From Felis catus (Eukaryota): DNA of 64,000 nucleotides. The notes beneath the pieces were generated by a model. The model worked only from the letters and a program-made list of their open reading frames with translations. It ran no database searches and had not been told where the DNA came from. The stretch's first letter is position 1. Every line of letters begins with the position of its first letter. The position numbers and the translations under genes are program-made. Shown here piece after piece: positions 48,501 to 61,835 of this stretch. The DNA lies in NCBI RefSeq assembly GCF_018350175.1, contig NC_058382.1, positions 57,910,001 to 57,974,000 on the forward strand, given 5' to 3'.

Positions 48501-51500
48501 GTCCAGCCGAGCGCACGCCTCCTGGAGGGCACCGTGCCGCGTCAACCACCAGACCTCTGAGCCGGCCGCGTGCACAGGACTGCGCTTGGGACGCCGAGGT
48601 GATCCTTCCTCTGGAAGGTCTGGGGTCTGAGAGTGGCCGGTGCCCGGTGGGAACGCGGGACACGCTCGTTCCCTTCTCTGTCCCTGAGGCGCTGGCGACT
48701 CGGGGTTAGGTCTCTGGGCGGCCCCCGCGTGCCGCCGTGTCGCGGCCTCTGCCCCCCAACCTTTCTGCGGGGGATAAGGGGTCGGTCGTCCCTCCCTCTG
48801 GAGCTAGGGGGCACAGCTGGCCAGGCTGCCCGAGATGGCAGCTGGGGACGTAATAGGGATGATGATGCCTTTCTAGAATGTTCTCCGCGTTCCAGACCGT
48901 GCCACATGCTTCCCCCGTGTTCACTCTTACTGAGCCCTCACCACAACGCTGTTGAGGCAGGTGCAGCTGCCTCCGTTTCATGCCGGAAGTGACGACTCCA
49001 GAGAGGTCAAGTGACTGGCCCGAGGTCGCTCAGTTGGTAACCGCGGGACCAGCATTGGACCCAGGAGGCCCGCTCTGGCGTCTGTGCTCCAGCCTCTAGG
49101 CTCTCTGGACCCCGGGGCTCCAGCTGTGAAGGTGGCAGTGCCCTGGAGGGACGTGGTCCTGATTTCCCCTGCACGGGGCCCACCCCCTCCCCCAGAGCAG
49201 CGGAGAGGCAGGAGGTCAGCTTGCACGGGCCCGAGGTCCTGAAGGTCCCCCGCTGGCCGGCCCGGACGTCCTGCACTCCCCGTTCTCTGCCCTGCTGACG
49301 AGTGGCGCCCTTGGGTTTTGCTCCCCCAGCCCTGCTCTGGTGTTCAGCCGGGACCTCCCGCTGCTGGTGGGACAAGCCCGTCCCCGTCCCCGACGGTCCG
49401 CCGAGGGATCCCTCGGCCTCCTTTGCCAGCCAGTTGGCGGGCGGGCCGCCCTGCCCTGCCCTCTTCCCGCGGTCTGTCCGGGGAGCGTTCCGGGGACTGG
49501 AGCGTGCAGCCGCTTACCTAACCGCACCCTGGCCCCTCACGGAGGGGACACCCGGCCCGGCCCCCGGAGCGTGGCCTCCGCACCCCAAACAGGTGTTGCT
49601 GCCGCGGCCCCTTTCTTGTCTGCAGGCTGACATCTGAGGCCCGCAGAGAGCGCCTGTCATCACTTGCCTGTCGGGGCCGGCACGCACATCTGTTTCCCCT
49701 GTTCCCCGGCTCTCGGCGCCCACGCGGCTCCGTGCTCTTCAGGGAGGGCCTGGCAGCCCTCCCCCCCAGCCCGGTGGGGGCTCGTGGGACACCTAGGCAA
49801 GGTGACTGGAGGCGGGGAGCCTTCCGGAAGATGCCGGGGTGGGCGGGGGGGCGGGGCCGCCCGGCTGGGCCGACACCGGCACCCTCTCTCCCTGGCGGCA
49901 GCCGGGCAGTGACTGGGCTCTGGGCCTTTCTCAAGCTCCCGCCGCCTCCTCCGAGGGGAGGGCTGTGCTTTTCTTGGCATGTTGGAAGCCATCTGCTCAG
50001 AGGAGTGAGCTCTCCAGACGCGCCTTGTCCTAGACCTGGAGGTGATTGGAGGCAACTGGGAAAGAGGAGGTTGAGGCGGAAGGTTGCCAAAGCTCAGCCC
50101 TCCCTGGAGGCAGGGAGGGGCAGGGGCAGGGCCGCAGGGTGGCCGTCTTGGGTGAAGTCCAGAGTCCTCAGAGCTTTCCGGCCCCTTCTCTGCTTAGATC
50201 TCTCGGGATCCTACTCTTGGGAGGTTAGCTCTCCGTGACTGTCTTTGGAGGATCTGTAGGTTGTGGGCAGGTTTCCCCAGTCGGCACGTTTTCTGGGCTG
50301 GGGAAGCACCCATGTCTGGAGATCCCGTTCATTTTCTGCCCCTGGTCCCTATCCTGGTCGGGACGGGGAGAGGGGTGATGTCTGGCCCCCAGGAAGAGTA
50401 TTTAGGAACTTGGCCTCCGATGGCCATGTAGCCCCAAGTGGGAGGTTGACGGGGGCCGTGGTGGAGGGAGCTTCTCGCCATGTGACCTTCGCTCAGTTTC
50501 CCCGTCTGTCAAAATGAAAGGTCAGGGCTTCAAGGGTCGCAGGTGGTTTGCATTTCACACGTGAGTGTGACTGACGGGTGGGGCTGTGTTGAGAAGGGAT
50601 GCCGGGGGCCGTCTGCCCTTGCTGGTAGAACGTCGAGTAATGTATCGGCCGTCTCTTCTGCAGGGTTAGGAAGGAGAGGGCGCCTTCCCGGGGTCTAGGT
50701 TTTCTTTATTTTTTCTTTTTTTCCAGCTGTGCTGAGGCATGATTGGTATATAACATCGTGTGAGCTTAAGGTGCAACATGTTGGTTGGAAACATTTATAT
50801 GTTATAAAACGATCACCCCCGGTCTCACCACGTCGCTATTTTCTTTCTTTTCTCTGTGCGTTTAAGATCTGCTGTCTTAGCAACATTCAAGTATGTGATA
50901 CAGGATCAGTAGCGGTAGCTACCGGCTGTGCGTTAGACCCCCTCCCTTGGTGATCTTGAACCTGGGAGTTTACGCCTTCCTTCAGTATCTCCCCCATCTC
51001 GTGGGGTCGCGGTTTTAAACTCAGGGTATGACGTGGGGGCCCCTCCCGTGATATTCTGTCCCACGTTAGGGTCAGGAAACCTCTTGGATCACCTTTTGGG
51101 GGGTGACACTATGCCAGGGGGCCCAACAAGCCCACAGCCTAATGCCACTTTGCTGGTGTACTTTTTCAGCAATACGAGCTGATTAGACGCGTAGGTTTTG
51201 AAAGAAATCCCGGCAGTCCTGTGACGGGGACACAGCTGCCTCGTCCCTGCTCATGCTTCTACTCTTGTCCGTGGTCGCCCGGGAGAAACACACATTCCAC
51301 CCAGCAGGTCGACAGATGTTTGCGTACCTACGCGCCAGCAGGTGCTCTGAAGACGTGCCGTGGAGTCAGGCGGGCCCTGCCCCCGGCTGCTCGCGTGGGT
51401 GGGGAGTGGGGGGGGGGGTGACAGGCTCTGGCGGTGGTCGTGCGGCGTGCCGAGTTCTGTGCTGGAACCTGCCGGGAGCTCGCAGGAGGGTGGGAAGCTG

Positions 51501-52149
51501 GTGTGTTCAGGGAAGGCTTCCTGGAGGAGGCGCTCTCTAAGCTGAGTCCGAAGGCTGGAAAGGACTCAGCCGGGTCCATGTGAGAGTCACGTGCTCCTGG
51601 GGAGTATGTGCAAAGGCCTAGATGCGGGGAGTGGGATTTGCCTGAGAGCCAATTTGAATCCATTTGAATTTTATACCAGTGACTGGGCCCTAACCCAGCC
51701 TTTTAATCAGAATCTCTAAGGGGTAGCCCTGGGGCCCCTGGTATTTTAAAGCTTCCAGAAGATTCCAGCACTGCGGTAAGGACTGGTGAGGGAGGCCATT
51801 GTAAGCATAGCCCAGGAATTTGGGACTTTTATCTTGAAAGCTGTGCCGGTCGCTGAAAGGATTCTATTCTTTTGTTCAGTCTGTCTGTATGAAGCACCTG
51901 CTGTGTCCCAGGCACTGTTCTGGGCCCGGGATCCCACAGCGAGTAACCCAGATGGGGTGCAGGGAGGGCTGTGGCTGCGAGCAAATGAGTGGGCAGGGGG
52001 AGCGGGGAGGGCTGGGGGCTGTCACCTGAGCCAGGAGGACGGTCTGGGCAGGGGACCACGAGGAAGCTGGGGTGCCAGAGGGCAGGGGAGGGGGCCGGGC
52101 AGACAGGCCTGGCGCCCTGACCTTGTGAAGACGTTGTTTTTGTTTTATG

Positions 52150-52670
52150 TGTTTTTCAGTTGAGATATAATTCACACACCATAAAATTCACCCTTTTAAA
52201 GCCTACAACTCGGTGACATTTTAAAGCCTACAACTCATTCAGGGAGTCGTGCGGCCACCGGCACTATCCGGTCCCCCCCACCCCTGCCAGCCCCGCAAGC
52301 ACTCGCGTCCCTTCCGTGTCTGTGGGTGTACCTCTTGTACATTTCACACACGCGGAGCCACGCGACTCGCGGTCTTCTGTGCCTGGCTCCTCGGACACAG
52401 GGCGCGTCCCCGGTCTGCCGCGGCCATAGCAGGTGTCAGCACGGCGTCCCCGCACCGATGGGCGTTTTGCCCACCCGCGCCTCGGCTGGCGGACGTGGGT
52501 GCTGATTCTGTTGGCCCCCCGGGGACCGTGCTGCCCTGAACGTCCGCGTGCAGCTTTTCGTGTGGACGCGTGTCTGCGTTTCTCCTGGGGAGACGCCCCT
52601 GAGCAGGGATTTGCTCAGTCCCCTGGGAGCTCTGTGTTTCACGCTTCCTGTTCAGACTTCCCACCAGGGA
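52150..52670 (-). mobile_element. Old L1 3'-end fragment
   Basis: GAGATATAATTCACACACCATAAAATTCACCCTTTTAAA start motif. Confidence 0.7.
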
Positions 52671-52676
52671 GTTTAG

Positions 52677-52707
52677 TTTTTGTTTATTTATTTTTAGTGT
52701 TTATTGT

Positions 52708-52758
<51 letters not shown>

Positions 52759-52913
52759 ATGAGCAGGGAGAGGCAGAGAGAGAGGGAGACACAGAATCCG
52801 AAGCAGGCTCTGGGCTCCGAGCTGTCAGCACAGAGCCCGACGCGAAGCTCGAACCCATGAACCGTGAGATCGTGACCTGAGCCTAAGTCAGAGGCTTAAC
52901 TGACTGAGCCCCT
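52677..52913 (-). mobile_element. Can-SINE with long (GA)n
   Basis: Reverse-complement consensus. Confidence 0.9.
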
Positions 52914-53091
52914 AGTGGGTTTTAATGACACAGTACGACTTGGGTGGTTCCGTCGGCTAAGGTCGAACAACTAAACGTGACCACGGCCATTCTCCTAGCC
53001 TAGGTTTCCTGACGTCGAATTTGAGTTTGAAGGTGGGAGTTGGCCTCCTCCCTGGGTTAAGAGGGACTGTGTTAGGAATTGGGATGGGGCT

Positions 53092-53268
53092 GGGGCGCCC
53101 GGAGGGCTCAGTCAGTCAGGCGCCTGACTTCGGCTCAGGTCTTGATCTCACGGTTCGTGGGTTCAAGCCCTGCGTCGGGCTCTGTGCTGACTGCTCGGAG
53201 CCTGGAGCCTGCTTCAGATTCTGTCCCTCTCTCTCTCTCGTAAATAAACATTAAAACAACAAAAAAAA
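53092..53268 (+). mobile_element. Can-SINE
   Basis: Consensus; TSD GAATTGGGA(T/A)GGGGCT. Confidence 0.9.
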
Positions 53269-54513
53269 GAATTGGGAAGGGGCTTTGGACTCGCTCCAGC
53301 CTGGAAGGCAGAAGTCCCGGATTCTGAGCGTCAGCACTCACAGTGGCTTTAGGCAAGACTCTCCCCTGGTCTGGGTCTCAGTTTTCTGTCTGTGAAATGG
53401 GAGTAGACGGTGGCCTGCTGGCTGGGCCCCTGGGCTCCTGTACAGCTGCCGAGCAGTAGCCATCTTGTCTTTCGGCCCCGTCGGCAGGAGCAGGACCCGG
53501 GGGTGCGTGGAGAAGACCCCCGAGACAGACATCTGGCTTGGCCGTGAGTCCTGTGGCGCTCCGGTCCCCTGCCCCCGCCGCCCGGGCCGCGTGCCGTTGC
53601 TTCCCTGCTGCGGCAGTGACCGCCGGTCGGGTTGGGTCTCTTCCACGAGGTGCCACAGCCTCCGACGACTGGCACACAGGTCGCGGTCAGCGTGTGGCTC
53701 AGCTGGGCCAGGATGGGCGTGCTGGGGCCCCGGGCAGGAGTGGGCAGCGCTGGGGGTGACTGTTTCCGCCTGGTGGGCTGTTGGGTGAGCGTGCAGTGGG
53801 GGCGAGGGAGCAGCCCGCGGCCCAAGGAGGGCCCCTCGAGGGCAGAGCCCGCGGTGGCCACGACACCCCGCCCACCGGTTAGTGACAGTTGTGGGGCAGA
53901 GCCGGTGATGAGGAAGGGCCCTGGGGTTCCGTCCGTCCACCTGGTCCCCGTGAAGACACAGCGAGGTGGGAGGGGACGGCGATGACAAGCAGAGCCTGTT
54001 GATGCCGTCCCGCGGTGCCCCGTGGAAGCCTCCACCCCTCGTGTCGGGCAGGTTCTCCGATTTTGTTGATGAGGAAGTTGAGGCACAGAGAGGGGAAGTC
54101 GCTTGCCCAAAGTCACACAGCCGGGAGGTACAGGAGCTGGGATTTGAACCGGGCCATCCGGCTCCAGCGTCCAGAGGCTTCCCTGCAGCACCACACTCCT
54201 CCCGAGTAGGTACCCGGATGCAGCCACGTGGCAGGTGTATGTGGGTCAGCGCGGGGAGGGCTGAGGGCTCAGCCAGGACCTGGCCCCCGTGGGGGCAGGG
54301 GAGGCAGTGGGGATCTAGGAAGGCTGCCTGGAGGAGGGGGTCACTTCTGGGGGTGCTACAAACGGGCAGGTTTTATTTGATTCATTTTTTTAAAGCTTAC
54401 TTACCTTGAGTGAGGGAGGCAGCGCAGGGGAGGCAGTGGGGATCTAGGAAGGCTGCCTGGAGGAGGGGGTCACTGCTGGGGGTCCTACAAATGGGCATGT
54501 TTTATTTGATCCA

Positions 54514-54737
54514 TTTTTTAAAACTTTATTTACCTTGAGTGAGAGAGACAGCGCAAGCGAGCATGCGAGTGGGGGAGAGGCAGAGAGAGAGAGAGAGGGA
54601 GCGAGCGAGCGCCCCAAGCGGGTTCCATGCCACCAGCACAGAGCCCGGTGTGGGGCTCGATCCCACAAACCGTAAGATCATGACCTGAGCTGAAGTCGAG
54701 TCGGGCGTTTAACCTCCTGAGCCCCCCAGGCGTCCCT
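54514..54737 (-). mobile_element. Can-SINE
   Basis: Reverse-complement consensus. Confidence 0.88.
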
Positions 54738-56443
54738 GGGCGGGTTTTAAATCAGCGGTGAATCCACAGAGGTCTTCCCTTTTTGAGTTTATACGCCAGT
54801 CACGCATTCTAAATGTTATTTTATTCTTTTAACGTGTTTGCTGCTGACTGTCAGTCGATTATACCATAGGAACCGCCTCAGTGTTCAAAAGGTATTTTCA
54901 GACTGCATTGCGTTTTACATTAAAAATGTCACGCGCTTCATGGTGGAAGACGTGGGGCAGGTGACAGGTGGCCGCGTGCCAGGTGCGGTTCACCCCTGCC
55001 TTGTGGGTCACCCGACCGTCTCAGCTCCGTGTCCACGGCTGCCCACTGATGGGTCATCAGCCCCAAACCTCCGTGGGTCCCGTCATTGGCCCCACTCTGT
55101 CACCAGCCACGCGGGGGACCTTGGGGAAGATGCCAGTCTCCTCCCTGGGCTGCGGGTTCCTCCCGTGACCGTGGGGGGCGGGGTGACCTGCGCTGTGGAT
55201 GGGTGGCATGGGGCCCATTTTTCAGATGCAGAGACCGAGACTCCTGAACCTGGGAGTTCGGGATCGAGTTACAAGCAGTGAGTGCGGGAGCTGGGACGCC
55301 AGGACCAGGGAGAACTGGGTGGTCCGGCTCCAGGGCCTCGGCCTTTCCACCCCCTCCCTGCCTTAAGTAGCACTTCCTGGACATGATGTGGGGCTGGCAG
55401 GGACCTGGCCTCTATCCCGCCCTGCCTTGGTGTAGCCGCACAAGCACCCGCTTCCAGAAAGGGGGCTCGGGGGAGGGGGTCGGAGCACTGACACACGGCA
55501 GCGCTGTTTTATAGGCCGCCCCGGACCCGTAAACCTCGTCTCCCGGCTTCCAGACGAGAGGCTTTGTAGACGGGGATTAAGAGGCTTGTGTGGGTCCTGA
55601 TGGGCTGGAGACGCAGGCAGGTGGGAGGCAGGCGTGGGCCTTCCAGATCCCCGGGCCAAGCAGGACTGGGGCAAGGGGGCACCGGGGCTCCTGGGGACCA
55701 CAGCACAGCGGCCACTCGGGGACAAGGGAGGCCGGGAGGGGCCTTCAGGCAGTGGGGGCTCAGCTGGCCTGAGAGCCTGGCTTCCCACTGACCACAGCAG
55801 CAGCTCCTTTAATCCGATTCCTTTGGGCGGCTGGATTCCTCCAGGCGTGGCTTCTTCCCTTTCTCACAGTCCCGCGCTGTTCGTCCTTTTGTGCGATTAT
55901 GCGACGTCCCGGGACCGTTGGACGCGGGAGGCCCCGGGCCTTCAGAGCGAGGGGCTTTTCGCGGGGTTCCTGGCCGCTGCTCCCGCCCCGAGGAAAGCAG
56001 CTCGGCCGCGGGGGCCACCCGGAGGCACAGGGTGGAGTGGCCTGGATGTCCCTGGGCCGCCAGCCCTGCGGAAAGCGGCCCGGCCCCTTCCCCCCGGCCC
56101 GTTGCCTGCGGAAGAGAGGGGGTGCCGTTCTGGAGACAAAGCCCCCGCTTCCCCTCTCGTGCGGGAGCTGAGGACTTGCCCACCGGACTTGTGCGTCCCC
56201 AGCCAAGCACGCAAGGGGGCTCCCGGACTCCCTCCCCTCAGCCCTGCGGTGCGGAGAAACCCGGCCCTGGGCTGGTGGTGGCAGAGCATCAGACTGACCC
56301 CAGTGGCCTCTCTCCACCTTCTCACGCTCTGCGTGTCAACGGGGCGCTCGGTTGGCGGCCCCACCCTCCTGCTTCCCGTCACCCCTCGCCCTCCTCCTCT
56401 TCTTGAAGCTCTGCGTTTTCTTCCCTTTGCAGAAACGCGTCGA

Positions 56444-56618
56444 GGGGCGCCTGGGTGGCTCGGCCGGTTAAGCATCCGCCTCCGGGTCTCGCCTCCGGTC
56501 GCGATCTCACGGTTCCTGAGATCGAGCCCCGCTCGGGCTCTGCGCCGACAGCTCGGATCCTGCTTGGGACTCTCTCTCTCTCTCTCTCTCTCTCAAAATA
56601 AGTAAACACACTTCACAA
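56444..56618 (+). mobile_element. Can-SINE
   Basis: Consensus; TSD-like AAACG(C/T)GTCG. Confidence 0.88.
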
Positions 56619-57927
56619 AACGTGTCGGGCGGTCGCGGGCCTGGTTTTGCCAGCTCCCGTGCCGAGTGATTGCGGGTTCCTCCCCACGGACGGGCGAACC
56701 CAGGTCCCCGGTGACCGGTTACCCGTCTCTCGCCAGGTGCCCGGGACACCGGGACCTTTCTCTGGGGGTTAAGGACTGGCTTCCGGGCAGCCCCACGGAA
56801 GGCGGGCGGGCGTCCCTGGAGGCCCGCTGAGTCAGGACAGCGGCTTGCGGGGGGTGTCGCGGGAGCCCGGAGGGGCCCTTCTTCCTGTGGCCTCCCCCGG
56901 CCCCTTCCACGTGCACAGACATCCTGCCCACGTCCAGCACCCTCCCCCCGCCCCACGCGTTCACAACCTTCTCTCCTACATCCTGTGCTCTCGCACGCGT
57001 GCGTGCCCCGGGACGTGTGCACACAGGCCGTGCGGCGTTCTCGGGGGGAGTCGTTCCTTTTCCCCCCTCTGACGGTGTCAGTGTTTTCCTCCTCGCTGAG
57101 TGTTGCAGGCACCGCACGTTTATGACTGTCGTGTCTCTGATGCGTTGGTGCCCTTGTCGCGGTCCCGCGTCTCTCTCCGGTAGCCCCTCGCAGTCCATTT
57201 TATCGGCCCGTCCCCCGCCTGGAAATGAGGCCCCCGAGGCTCCGAGAGGGAGGGAGGCCCCCCCCGCCCCGGAGGCCACCCAGCTGCCAACACCAGGCGG
57301 GATGCACCCTTGCCCTCCGCTTTCTCCGCCCCGCCAGCTGCGTTGGGGCGGCAGGTCTGGGAGAAGCCCCTTCGCGGTGACTCTCTGGGTGCCTGCGTTT
57401 CGATGTCATCGCCGTCAGGCGGCCAGAGCCGTGTCCCCGCCCGCCCTCAGCCCAGGACCCCCCAGGAGCCCAGCATCTGGCCCGCAGCCTGTGGGAGCTC
57501 AGCGGAGCATGCTTGGAACACGCTCTGGAAACTTCTCACCAGACTCTGCTCTGGAACTCCTCGCCCTCCCCGCCCCGTTTGGTGGGACCGTCCCCAGCGT
57601 GTTGGGGCGGACCTTCTCGGCGCTCACGCGGGGGAAGAAGCAGTTCTCTGGGCGGCAGGAGAAGTGTTTCCCCCTCGCTGGCTTCTGCGTGGGCCTTTTG
57701 GAACCCAGGCCCGGTCCTCCTCCCGGTGGCTTCACCCCGGCCCGGCCCGCGGTCGGGAGCTCCCCGGGGGGCTCTGTGCTGGGGGCCTGCCGGTGGCCTG
57801 AGGCATCCCGGCCAGCTCCCCGGGCCCGGGTCCGCGGGAGAGCTGCCTCCGTGTACCTCCGTGGGGCATTGTGGGAAACTCTGGGGCCCTGCAGGGAGCC
57901 TGGGGGGACGTCGCCTTAGAGCCGTGT

Positions 57928-57962
<35 letters not shown>

Positions 57963-59399
57963 GGACGTGACGGGCAGAGTCCCCAGCGGGGGCCTGGCAG
58001 GCAGTCAGGACTCCAGCAGAAGTGGCGACCAAACTGCTGGGAGCAGGGGAAAGAGAGGGAGGCGTCTGAGGCCCCGCTCACAGCCCGTTGGCCTCAGAAG
58101 GCCCCCACCAGGGTCGTGCCTGTCACGTAGGGGGGGCTCCTGGTTACCCTCCCGTGAACCTTGGCCTCAGCTGCAGGGAATCCGGGCCGCGTTCCAAATG
58201 ACCCCAGCACGGAGCTGTGGGAGGAGGCAGCACGGGGGATGCGACACCTGGAACTGTCCTGGGGCACCTGCCATCTGAGCTCTTGTCACTCCTTCTCTAG
58301 GTTCCTGGTGCCGCCTGTGAGAGCAAGGGGGCATCCGGGCAGACGGCGGAGGGCCCTTCCCGGGACTCGTGGCCCGGAGACGACCCCCGTTCGCAGTTGG
58401 TGACGGTCGGCAGGCACCTGCCACCTGACCGCCTGTCTGTCGGTCTGTCCGTGGGCCCCGCTTCCTCTCCTGGATGGGGGAGTTCCCACGGCACGTCTGC
58501 CACGGGGCTCGGGACATCGTGCGTGCCCAGCAAGTACCGTCTCGTAACTATTTTTGCTACGGGCCGTCTCACTCCTTCGCCGGTCCTCGTTCTGGAGAGC
58601 TGAGCCGTGGAGCTCAAACACACAGGGATCTGGACCCTGTTCGTGGAGGGAGGCGAACCGGGAGGGGCCGCGCTGGGGTCGGGCCCCAGGAAGAGGGACA
58701 CGCTGGAAGCGGGTTAGGAGAGTTTACAAAGACCCGTGCTTCTCACATAGGTGTTTCTCAGCCCTCAAAACGCAATGCAGAACCGGGTACATACCATCAG
58801 GCTCTCACGGGGGTCGTGTGGCTCCCGGTGGGGAGAGAGCCACTGTCACGGGTGCGCCTAAAAGCGCTCCGCGCGTGCCCAGCCCCTCGTTATTGCTTGA
58901 AACCCCAGCCTTGTCCCCGCCGTCGTGTCTTGACGTCTGCTCTTTCGTGCACTTTGCCGTCTGTTTCTTGCTCCGGGACACCTTCCTTTGCTGACTCCCG
59001 CCCGCCGGAAGTTTCTCCTCTCTCCTGGCTGCCCGAGGCGCTTGTCTGTAGGCAGCTTGGTCACTCTCGGAAATAACTTTGTTCTGTGCGGTCTCATGTG
59101 GTCTTCTCACACGTGTGAGCCCCGTCTCTCCCACCGGATGGAGAAAATAGCTAAAATTGGGATCGGTATCCTTTGACCCTCATGTATCGAACACGGTGTT
59201 TCCTTGCAGCCCACGGGAGCGGTGTTCCTGAGGAACTTTGCGGCAAGATCAGAGTCTCAGAGAGGATAGGAGGTGGGGGAAGGGGGGGATGAATGGAGAT
59301 GGCATTAAATATATGTTTTTAAAAACCACCAGAAATGAAAGTTCGAGGAGACGTCGCTGCCCGAACCAACTGGCTTTGTCCGCGTTTAAAAACCTGCTC

Positions 59400-59720
59400 T
59401 GGTCGGTAACCCTGTGTTCTTCAATGGATAAGAGACTTGGCCGCCGTCTTGATGTGCTGAGAGAGAATTATTCCATGAGGTTTATTTCTTCTTGAGTCTG
59501 TTCTGGTAATTACTGTTTCGTCAGGAACTTATCCATTTCATGCAGGTAGTCAAATTAATTGGCATCACTTCTGTAGAATATTCCCTTAGTATTTTTCTAA
59601 TGTCTGTAAGTTCTGTAGTGATGTCCCCTCTTTCTTTGGTGATGGTGGTAAGTGGTGCCTTCTCTTCCTTCTTGATCAATCCAGCTAGAGGTGTATCGAT
59701 TTTACTGATCTCCTAAAAGG
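59400..59720 (-). mobile_element. Old L1 ORF2 remnant
   Basis: GGAACTTATCCATTTCA...TCTTGATCAATCCAGCTAGAGG...ATTTTACTGATCT antisense L1 motifs. Confidence 0.6.
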
Positions 59721-60679
59721 TTTATATTTAAGAGACTGTGCCTTTTAAAAGTTTTTTAACCAGCCCATTCAGGCTTGAAAGGTAATGTCTTTTATGCTTG
59801 CAGCCTTTTGCAAGTGTAGATGAAATGTCCGTGAGGCCACTAGGCCCTTTTCCAGGTTATTAATGCTTATGGGAACATTTTCCATGCCTGATCTCCTCTC
59901 TGTCTGTTGAGTCAGTGGAGGTGAGAGTGATTTCTGTCCATCAGCCTGCTCTTGTGACCTCGCTGGTAGTCAAGGTGCTACGTCCTTTTGCTGGAGGGGA
60001 CTTTATCAGACCTTGCGTGAGTGAGAAACATACTAGACTTAAACACTTTTGAACGCAGAAGAGGAAAACTGTGTTGTCTCAGAACCACAGATGCGAAGGA
60101 TAACCAGCTATCTCTCGTATATTAATGGCTCTCTTATTTGGAACATATGCACGTAATAACGACGTATTGTTTTTTATTATACAAAATATTCGCTGTTAAA
60201 AAGTGTCTTCCCGTACTTTGGCTACAAAGTATATTTTATCTGTGACCGTGATTGCAATCTCTTGTTTCTTCTGTCTTTGCATTTGTGGCAAATTTCAGAG
60301 CCAGACTCCTAGGACGGGGAGGAACCTTTGTGACTCTTGAGTCCGACAGCCCTCACTTTTGTCAAAGACCCTGGGTCTGGGGAGGGGGTGGGCCTGGCCC
60401 GGGGCAAGTTGGAGGCTGAGGCTGCACGCAGGTGCCTGGGACATTTCTACTCCATCAGCCACGGCTTTTCCTCTGGCGACTGGTGCTTGCGTTCACGATG
60501 TGAGGGGCATGGGATCCCCAGCCCCGGGTACAAAGGTGACACTCGGGAGGGCAAAGCCAGAGGGCGAACAGCACCCTCTGAACCCACCGCCCTTCCGTTT
60601 CCAGGACCTCCTTGTGTCCCCTCGGGGCCAGGGGAAGTTTTTTTCCTGTGGGAGTTGCGTTCTCTAAAAAAAAAAAAAT

Positions 60680-61240
60680 AATTTTTTTGACAGTAGCTTT
60701 ATTGAGATATTATGAAATTCACCCTTTTAAAGCATGCGGTTCTGTGGTTTTGTTACATTCACAGAATGGTGCAGCCATCACCACTAATTGTAGAACGTTT
60801 TTCATCACCCCCGAAAGGCACCCCAAGCTCCCCTCCCCAAGTCCCTGCGAGCACTACTTTCTGGATGGATGTGCCTGTTCTGGCTCCTGTAGCTTAGCGA
60901 AGGGCTGTCCAGGGTCACCCCTGCCCGTGCCCTATTACGACCGGATGATATTCTGGCGTGTGAATGTGCTGCATTTTCGGTCCATCCGTCCGTCGGTGGG
61001 CATTTAGATCGCCCCCACCTTTCGGCTGTTGTGATTCCCGCCGCGAACATTTGTGTACAGGTGTTTGCGTGAGTGTATTTTTTTTTTTTTTCTCTTGGGT
61101 GTATTCCTGGGAGCGGAATTGCTAAGTCCTGTCATAACTCTGTTTAGCTGTTCGAGAAACTGCCAGACTATTTTCAGAGAGGCCGCGGAGGTTTAGATCC
61201 CCACCAGCGATGCGTGGGGATTCTTACGTGTGATTTGCTT
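60680..61240 (-). mobile_element. Old L1 3'-end fragment
   Basis: AGCTTTATTGAGATA...GAACATTTGTGTACAGG...GAAACTGCCAGACT motifs. Confidence 0.75.
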
Positions 61241-61243
61241 TTA

Positions 61244-61537
61244 CTGTTTTTTAAATGTCTGTTTGTTTATTTTGAATTTTGTTAAATGTTTTATTTATTT
61301 TTGAGGCAGAGAGAGACAGAGCGTGAGCAGGGGAGGGGCAGAGGGAGAGGGAGACACAGGATCCAAAGCAGGCTCCAGGCTCTGAGCTGTCAGCACAGAG
61401 CCCGACGTGGGGCTCAAACCCATGAGTCGTGAGATCATGCCCTGAAGTCAGACGCTTAACCGACTGAGCCACCTGGCACCCCATCTATTTATTTATTTTG
61501 AGAGAGAGAGTGAGGGTGCGCGTGTGAGTGGGGGATG

Positions 61538-61578
<41 letters not shown>

Positions 61579-61707
61579 TCCCAAGCAGGCTCCGTGCTAT
61601 CAGCCCAGAGTCCGACGCAGGGCTCGATCCCACGAACTGTGAGATCATGACCTGAGCCAAAATCAAGAGTCAGAACCTTAACCGCCTGAGTCCCCCAGGT
61701 GCCCCAA
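61244..61707 (-). mobile_element. Two nested Can-SINEs
   Basis: Outer perfect TSD GTGTGATTTGCTTTTA (61228-61243 / 61708-61723); inner element ends at 61482. Confidence 0.9.
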
Positions 61708-61835
61708 GTGTGATTTGCTTTTAAATGAGATGCAGAGCAAGCGTTCTGGTTACACTTACTGATACAGCAGTGCACATTCAACAGATGTTAGGGTTCTTTT
61801 CTAGTCTTGAGCCTTCATATCAAAAGAAGATTTCT

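Noticed and set aside
55634..57919. 323-aa and 306-aa ORFs in intron 1 (similarly 2308-3192 and 23840-24817)
   Set aside because: Stop-poor GC-rich sequence with Pro/Gly/Arg/Ala composition and overlapping ORFs in many frames. Some run into SINEs, and there is no splice or codon support.
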